Assembly (NCBI GenBank): GCA_964016885.1
Contig: OZ024749.1
Location: 25,234,001 to 25,298,000 of the forward strand
Length of the DNA stretch: 64,000 bases
DNA from: Eledone cirrhosa
Taxonomy: Eukaryota
Direction: 5' to 3'
Position numbers and translations under genes: made by a program. Below the pieces are notes generated by a model that searched no databases, was not told the origin of the DNA, and was given only the letters and a program-made list of their open reading frames with translations. Positions 56,508 through 64,000 of this stretch are shown here, piece after piece. How positions within the stretch are numbered: the first letter of the stretch is position 1; every line of letters starts with the position of its first letter.

Positions 56508-56582
56508 TTGTTTTTACTTTTGCCACAAAGCCAGTAATTACCCAGTGTATTACGGGTACTTTATTTTATCGACCTCCTAAGG
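56506..56582 (-). mobile_element. 3' part of tRNA-derived SINE; its (ATT)n tail is the last (TAA)n of the Dong nest
   Basis: aattgtttttacttttgccacaaagccagtaattacccagtgtattac matches 19616ff. Confidence 0.82.
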
Positions 56583-56741
56583 AATAATAATAATACTACA
56601 AAGGACAATTTGCTATGTCTTTATTAGTTTTATCGATTGGTGACGGGCTTTTCGCTATTGATCAGTTCAAGATCCGATCTGTACCGATCTGGCCCGACTC
56701 TGGAATCAAAACCTCGTCAGACCTCTGCAGTGGTAATGACA

Positions 56742-56785
<44 letters not shown>

Positions 56786-56789
<4 letters not shown>

Positions 56790-56971
56790 GTTTCTACTAT
56801 TGGCACAAGGCCACCAATTACCCAGTACATTACTGGTACTTTATGTTATCGACCCCGTAAGGATGACAGGCGAAGTTAACCTCGTAGGGATTTTGACTCA
56901 GAATGGCAAGGGCCGTAACTCTATGCGTCAAAGCATGGCGTCCAATCCTCTAGCGATACTTCCAATTCACC

Positions 56972-56974
<3 letters not shown>
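56786..56974 (-). mobile_element. tRNA-derived SINE
   Basis: Reverse complement of 3573-3765. Confidence 0.88.
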
Positions 56975-57013
<39 letters not shown>

Positions 57014-57179
57014 GAAAATAGAAGAAACACACGTCTTCTGAAGAAGTCCGTTTCTATGTGAAAGTCACTCTCACTGAGGTTAGGCACCGAGGATTTGTAG
57101 GCTTATCTGCCTAAAATCTCATAAAATATTTCTGGAAATCTGAAAATAACTGGACCAAGCCCTAATACAATTAAGTGTT

Positions 57180-57770
57180 TACATCACCAAAACTACAGAG
57201 CTATATACGATGGAATAGATTGTCCATCAGCAGATATCATTAAGTCCTCAGATTATCGCATCACAGAATTATTTAAAATTGAACTCCTTCTAGATTAAGG
57301 AGATAATAACAAACACTCAGAGTTTCGGAAGAGAGAACTATTTAAGATTTAACTGTGTTATACCTCAGCAGATAATACTAAATGTTTAGATCAGTCAAAT
57401 TAAATAGGAATATACGAAGGAACCTGATTGTACTTCAGCAGATAACAATGCTTACTCAGAGTATAGCATCAACGTGTTATTTGTAATTGAAGTCTTTCGT
57501 GATTCAGCGAATTTACATTAAGTGCTCAGAATATCGGATCAAAGATAATATTTTGTGTTTAGCCCAGCAAAACTAAAGAGAAATACACGATGGAACCATG
57601 TTTTGCCCCCAGCAGATAAGAATATGTTCTCAGATCAGGTCAAATAAAGAGAAATTTACGATTAAAATGGGGCGTGAATAAACCGATAAAATAAGTGCTC
57701 AAAGGAGCACATCAAACGACGTATTCGCGATTGAACTATGTCAAGCCTTAACAGATAACAGCAGAAGCAA
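57180..57770. repeat. Highly degenerate tandem repeat (~70 bp period, cagcagataa / ctcaga anchors)
   Basis: cagcagata at ~57228, 57366, 57436, 57610; ctcaga at similar spacing. Confidence 0.5.
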
Positions 57771-58290
57771 TAAAAATCCGTACAAATATAATCCAATTGT
57801 GTATGTTTTTTCCCCATTACTGATTTTTGTTTTCCTTCTTTTAAGGATGGTGTCACAGACGTAATTACTAACTATACTGAAAATAATTTCGCTAAACAAA
57901 TTCAACTAATGGATTCTCATCAAACAGAGGCTAAGGATGGATCTCTTCATTGACAAAGGATAAAAACCATTAGTTTTACTCTCTCTCTCTTATCCAAAGA
58001 ATTATTTCCAGAATCAATATGAAAATATATACACATACATATATACACACATATATATGCACATGATATTTTCATTCTTAAACAACACAGGCACACCTAT
58101 ACACACAATGTGTATGTGTATATCTGTACACACACACACACACATATATATATTTATAAATATATAAAAATATATATATATATTTATATATATATAAGGT
58201 ATATATATATATACAGTATATATATATATATATATATATATAGTGAAATGACAGGAGGCTGGATTTGTGTAAATCCTTGAAAGGTTTATT

Positions 58291-58348
58291 ATACTATGAT
58301 CATTTCAATGACCAGGTTCCGTATGAATCCGGTGATATCATCAGGTAT
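58291..58348 (-). ncRNA. Minimal hammerhead ribozyme (mirror of 60614-60671)
   Basis: Minus strand atac-CTGATGA...GAAA-tgatca-TA-gtat. Confidence 0.7.
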
Positions 58349-60613
58349 TCGAAATATAATACGTGAATGTAATAGATAAAATCCATGGGGCTGAAAATCG
58401 AGGACACGAAGGCGACTGCTATCTTGCACCCTCTACCTTAGCCGGTCGCCCTCGAATGACGTGGCTAGAGCTCACAGTGTGCTACTACCGGTGAGATAAA
58501 GCAAAACAGAAAGGGATGGGAACATAGGCTACAAGACAAAAGAAAGAAAGAAAGAAAGGAAGGAGAGAAAAAAGGGGGAAGGAAGAAGAAGAGAAGCCAG
58601 GGTTAATGTCAGCTATAAGAAGAAAGACAGACAGAAAGAGGAGGAAAGGTCGGTATTACAGTCAGGCCAGGATCGTCGCGAAGAAATTTTTTTATTCTAC
58701 GGGACCGGTATCTAAACAACTACTACCGGTCAGATATAGGCGAACAAAAAGGGGGAAGGAAGATAAGTCTGCGGGAGGAAGACAGAAAGAGGGGAGAAAA
58801 GAAGGAAGAAAAGGAAGAAGTAGAAGAGTAAGGGTTGATGGCTACAAGAAGGAAGATAGAAAGAAAGAGGAAGAAAGGTCGATATTAATGTCAGACTACA
58901 ATCAGGCCAGGAGTGGCGCGAGAAAATGTTCACAGGGACCCGTATCTTAGCAGAGGTGAATATAGTGGGGGGCCAGTGTGTTATAATGTGTGAGCAGAAT
59001 ATTGGAACGTTACGTTTTTGTTTAGACTTATAGGATGAAGTTAAAAATTATTAATTAATATTTAATATCAAAGGAATTAGAAAATTTAAAGTTAAACAGT
59101 TTAACATTTTAAGGTTGATATATCTAATAGTTCTGATTTGATCTGTAATTTAAAGGTACTATGTGGCGGTTAAAAACCGGCCGCGCTCTGGGCCCCCGGG
59201 GCGAATTAAGCCTCCCGAGTATTTTCATTTACCGAAAGAAGGGGAAATTTATTTTTGCAAGCACTCAAAATAGGCCCATGCGTCAGAGGGCTGGTCGCGC
59301 CGCCATTAAAACCCACCCAACGGTCCGACAGAAAGTTGGAACTTTAAAATATTGTTTAAATTTATAGGATGAAGTTGAAGGAATTCAGAATAAGATTATA
59401 AAATTAAAGAGTAAGAAGATTGAGAATTGAACAAACAATTGAACCAACAGAAAATTGAAAATCAAACTAGGATAAATTATAGATCTACATAATACAATTA
59501 ACGTCTCTTTAATTAACCGCCGCAACCCAAAACCTTATAGAAGTTGTTTTTAATTTTTTGATTTTCAATTTTCTGTTGGTTCAATTGTTTGTTCAATTCT
59601 CAATCTTCTTACTCTTTAATTTTATAATGTTATTCTGAATTCCTTCAACTTCATCCTATGAATTTAAACAATATTTTAAAGTTCTAACTTTCTGTCGGAC
59701 TGGTGGATGGGTTTTAATGCGGCGCGACCAGCCCCCTGACGCATGGGCCTACGTTGAGTGCTTGGAAAAATAAATTTCCCCTTCTTTCGGTAAATGAAAA
59801 TACTCGGGCGGCTTAATTCGCCCCGGGGGCCCAGAGCGCGGCCGGTTTTTAACCGCCACATAGTACCTTTAATTTGCAGATCAAATCAGAACTATTAGAT
59901 ATATCAACCTTAACATGTTAAACTGTTTAACTTTAAATTTTCTAATTTCTTTGATATTAAATATTAATTATAAATTTTTATCTTCATCCTATAAGTCTAA
60001 ACAAAAACGTAACGTTCCAATCTTCTGCTCACACATTATAACACACTGACCCCCACTATATTCACCTCTGCTAAGATACGGGTCCCTGTGAAAATTTTCT
60101 CGCGCCATTCCTAGCCTTACTGTAGTCTGACATTAATATCGCCCTTCTTCCTCTTTCTTTCTATCTTCCTTCTTGTAGCCATCAACCCTTACTCTTCTAC
60201 TTCTTCCTTTCCTTCCTTCTTTTCTCTCCTCTTTTTGTCTTCCTCCCGCAGACTTATCTTCCTTCCCCCTTTTTGTTCGCCTATATCTGACCGGTAGTAG
60301 ATGTTTAGATACGGTCCCGTAGAATAAAAAAATGTCTTCGTGACAATCCTGGCCTGACTGTAATACCGACCTTTCCACCTCTTTCTTTCTGTCTTTCTTC
60401 TTATAGTTGACAATAACCCTGGCTTCTCTTCTTCTTCCTTCCCCCGTCTTCTCTCTCCTTCCTTTCTTTCTTTCTTTCGTCTTGTAACCTATGTTCCCGT
60501 CCCTTTCTGTTTTCCTTTATCTGACCGGTAGTAGCACACTGTGAGCTTTAGCCACGTCACTCGATTTTCAGCCCTATGGATTTTATCTATTACATTCACG
60601 TATTATATTTCGA

Positions 60614-60671
60614 ATACCTGATGATATCACCGGTTTTATACGGAACCCGGTCATTGAAATGATCATAGTAT
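60614..60671 (+). ncRNA. Minimal hammerhead ribozyme
   Basis: atac-CTGATGA-[tatc accgg..ccggt catt]-GAAA-t gatc a-TA-gtat, followed by AATAAA. Confidence 0.72.
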
Positions 60672-60935
60672 AATAAACCTTTCAAGGATTTACACAAATC
60701 CAGCCTCCTGTCATTGCATTATAATATTTGACTCCGTAATAGCACCACCAACTACAAAAACAAAGACGGTTGAACTGCTTTACGTTGAGTACTCTCTATA
60801 TTATTACATTACGATTGACCATACGGAATAGACCAGCTCTATACAGTGGTGAACCTCAAACCTGAATATAGAATATATATATATATATATATATATATTT
60901 ATTTATATATATATATATATATTTATTTATATATA

Positions 60936-62566
60936 ATAGGTAGAATCAGTAAGTACATATTAGATCGTATTATCCCCCAAGTTAAGGCTAAGGTAGATAT
61001 TAAATTATGGGGTAATACTCAACAGGCAATAAGATGATTCAATAACAGTGACAAAAACAAATCTTCTTTTATTCAATTCGATATAGATGAATACTATTCC
61101 TCTATTTCACCTGAAACCCTGCATAAGGCCCTCTCATTCGCTCAGGCTAACTCGGCCCTCACAAACGAGGAAATTAATATTATACTTGAAGCTAGACGCA
61201 CAGTAGTGCATTTTGAAAATAGATATTGTGTCCGCAGAGATAGACCCTCGGAATTCGACATTACGATGGGTTCTAATGATTCGGCGGAAGTTACGGATCT
61301 GGTTGGGATCTATATAGCCCACAGACTCCAGAGCGAATTTACGGACCTCCACGGCGGAATCTACCGCGACGATACACTTCTATTAGTCAAGGATATGAAC
61401 AAACAAAACCTAGAAAGGCGACGTAAAAACATTAGGAAACTTTTCTTAGAACTAGGGCTTAATATTACCTTCGAACACAATCTTAAGGTGGTCAACTTCT
61501 TGGATGTCACCTTCAACCTTAATAACGGTAATATAGAGCCATTTCACAAACTTAATGTAAAATCGAACCATCCCCATTCCATTATTAAATCTATCCCTAA
61601 AAATATATCCATAAGGATCTCCCGACTGTCGTCTAATTTGCAGACCTTCAACGAGCATGCTGAATATTATAATGACGTACTTAGAAAAGCTGGTTACTCC
61701 GAGGAAATAGAATATCTAGACGATAACCACATAAGTACAATGAATAAAACACATCTAAGTCGAACTAGTATTGCACCACACACACACATCAATAGGCATA
61801 CTAATAAGTGCACACCAGGGAATAGAGTCAGACGTAGAGAGTACATATGGTATAACCCCGTGTACAATATTTCTATTAGCACTAAGATTATCTCACAATT
61901 CTATACACTAATCAATAAACACTTTACAACTTCACATAAATACTATAAAATCTTTAACACGCGCACCATTAGACTATCATACTCTACTGCACCTAACATA
62001 GAACAACTAATTAAAAAACTCAACTCAGCAATACTAAATAAGTACATCCCTAATGACACAGCGCACCCGCATAGCAACATACAACGCACTAACACGCAAC
62101 TACAACCCCACCAAACTATCTAAGATACTACTGCAAAACATAAAAATAACTGTAACTGCACCAAACCAGGTACGTGCCCACTGAATAACCAGTGCCTCGC
62201 ACGCAATATTGTCTACGGATGTACAATAAATTCCGGAACCAACAAATGGTATTACGTCGGATGTACGGCAACATCTTTCAAGGCTCGACTATACCAACAT
62301 CGATCTTCTATTAGGCACGAGAAAATGCGCTCCGTAACAACTCTCGCCGATAAAGCCTGGCAGCTCCGGAGGAACAATCAAGCATTCTCCCTCGATTGGC
62401 AAATTATAGCAGCTGCGCCTGCATATAAGCAAAATCATTGACTCTGTAAATTATGCAATACTGCATTATAACGTCGGAAAACAAACTTTTGAACAGCAAA
62501 ATTGAACGTTCACTTTACTGTAACCATCGTTTGAAAACGACTTTTTCTTTTTTTAAATGCATGTAA
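60936..62566 (+). pseudogene. Naiad-type Penelope-like RT + GIY-YIG, 5'-truncated, with stops and a frameshift
   Basis: IGRISKYILD..FIQFDIDEYYSSI, FDITMGSNDSAEV, GIYRDD, NFLDVTF, WYNP, RLSYS; after stop 62123 in the same frame CNC..CPL..C..NIVY..YYVGCTATSFKARLYQH; C-terminal LLN..C.H. Confidence 0.88.
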
Positions 62567-62975
62567 TGTTACCTTTTTGCACCACCGTTTGCAAATTTCT
62601 GTTTTATATGTTTATACACACGATATGGCTTTCTATAATAATAGTACTAAACACTGTTTTTGGACCCCTTTAGAAATAACCTGCTACTATAATAGCCCCA
62701 ATAACTTGTCTGTAACTCTGTACCGCTTTAACCCCTTTAACTAAATTTTGTCCAAACAACACCACTAGAGGAATTTACTTCCCCCGCCAACCCTAACACG
62801 CCTCATTAAGCTAACTGCTGCCAAAGCATTCTCTCCTTACAATCTCTACTACTCTGACAGTCTTAAATCCTAGGACTCCCTCCCCCTTACTCGCTTCCCT
62901 CTTCCCCTTCCCTTCCTACCACCTTCTTTCTCTTTTATCTAGTGTATAAAATATTTTCATATCATTCCACTACAA

Positions 62976-63092
62976 AGGTCTGAAGACATGGTGTGTTTGC
63001 TTACAGTGTACCTTCGGTTTATGATAATATTTTAATATTATTCAAATAGCGAGGTATAGGTAACCCATACACTATAGAAACAATTGTTACCT
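62976..63092 (+). ncRNA. Hammerhead motif with long stem II in the PLE 3' region
   Basis: aggt-CTGAAGA-[c atggtgtgt ... atacactat a]-GAAA-c aatt g-TT-acct; element ends at (TA)n ~63139. Confidence 0.6.
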
Positions 63093-63136
63093 AATACATT
63101 CTTTATACCCGCATTTCCGTTTCATAAACTTCTTCT

Positions 63137-63212
<76 letters not shown>

Positions 63213-63304
63213 ATATATATATATATTTATATACTCTTTTACTCTTTTACCTGATTCAGCCATCCGGCTGAGGCCAAGTTGCGGCACCGCCCTTGTTGCT
63301 ACAC

Positions 63305-63571
63305 ATTTTCACATTTTATCTCCAGCCTGTATAGGTTGGCCGCTGGTGTAAGAGGGCGTTTGTTGCTGCTGCCCTTAAGTTTCCCCCGTGACTTGCTGTC
63401 GACTCATCCGAGATCCTAGATAGCAAGCTATCGAGATGTTTCTTGAAGACATCCACCTCCACGTCATGCAAATCTCTCAGATCCCTCGGCAGCTTGTTGA
63501 AGAGTTGAGGGCCCTTGAATCCCAGGCTATTGCAATACCTGTTCCGAATTCTAGATGTGGAAGACGGGACC
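63305..63571 (-). pseudogene. CR1-group LINE 3' fragment
   Basis: Minus translation [37 protein letters not shown], the CR1-like 'FNxLP..FKxxLD' C-terminus. Confidence 0.75.
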
Positions 63572-63575
63572 TTAT

Positions 63576-63669
<94 letters not shown>

Positions 63670-63766
63670 ATAATAATAAATTTCAAGACTAAAATCTGTT
63701 ATTTTAATAAATTAATATATATATATATATATTTATTTATATATATATATATTTATCTATATATAT

Positions 63767-63855
<89 letters not shown>

Positions 63856-64000
63856 AATATATTACACAAAGAGAAGTGTGTTACACAGTGAGATGTGTGT
63901 AAAGAATTATTACAAGTGAGTTTTACCGTTACTGTATGGAGAACAATATGTACAGGTTTAGCAATTAAATCGAAAAAAACTAAGTCAGAATCAAATTACT

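Larger units (their letters stand above)
58243..60870 (+). mobile_element. ~2.6 kb inverted-repeat element: ~1.2 kb arms, ~90 bp spacer, ~150 bp tail, (TA)n flanks
   Basis: 58248-59466 is a diverged reverse complement of ~59557-60715; hammerhead in both arms. Confidence 0.9.

Noticed and set aside
57035-57075. CTGAAGA...GAAA hammerhead-like core (also 15521-15552 on minus)
   Set aside because: No stem I/III pairing or usable NUH site.
58606-60413. Mirror-image basic ORFs in the giant palindrome
   Set aside because: Purine-rich low-complexity sequence; frames differ between arms.
61035-62441. In-frame TGA codons in the Naiad-type ORF as possible selenocysteines
   Set aside because: They fall at a conserved Trp (IR*F) and a probable Arg (NH*LCKLC) position, not Cys; the ORF also has a TAA stop and a frameshift, so decay is the simpler explanation.

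Overview
AT-rich, microsatellite-saturated eukaryotic DNA. The SINE family and repeat landscape resemble an octopus/coleoid cephalopod (inference). I recognise no host protein-coding gene; almost all short ORFs in the track are translations of (TA)n, (CA)n, (ATG)n or (ACT)n. Main content: (1) a ~22 kb nest (34.1-56.5 kb) of six head-to-tail R4/Dong-type RLE non-LTR retrotransposons of two families separated by (TAA)n, one with an uninterrupted 1130-aa ORF, plus an antisense Tx1/L1-like element; the nest appears to sit in the (ATT)n tail of a SINE. (2) Two decayed Penelope-like (PLE) coding remnants with GIY-YIG domains. (3) About ten non-coding (TA)n-flanked elements with one architecture: inverted arm + forward arm + 65-150 bp single-copy tail, several carrying minimal hammerhead ribozymes. 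(4) About a dozen tRNA-derived SINEs, RTE and CR1 fragments and several minisatellites. The most notable observation is a bulged stem-loop, ACUC-[variable stem]-YY-GAGU, found in 9-10 tails of otherwise dissimilar families, a few nt past the fixed inversion breakpoint, with one apparent compensatory base change. It is a candidate cis-acting RNA signal of PLE retrotransposition. All alignments and folds were done by eye; boundaries are approximate.
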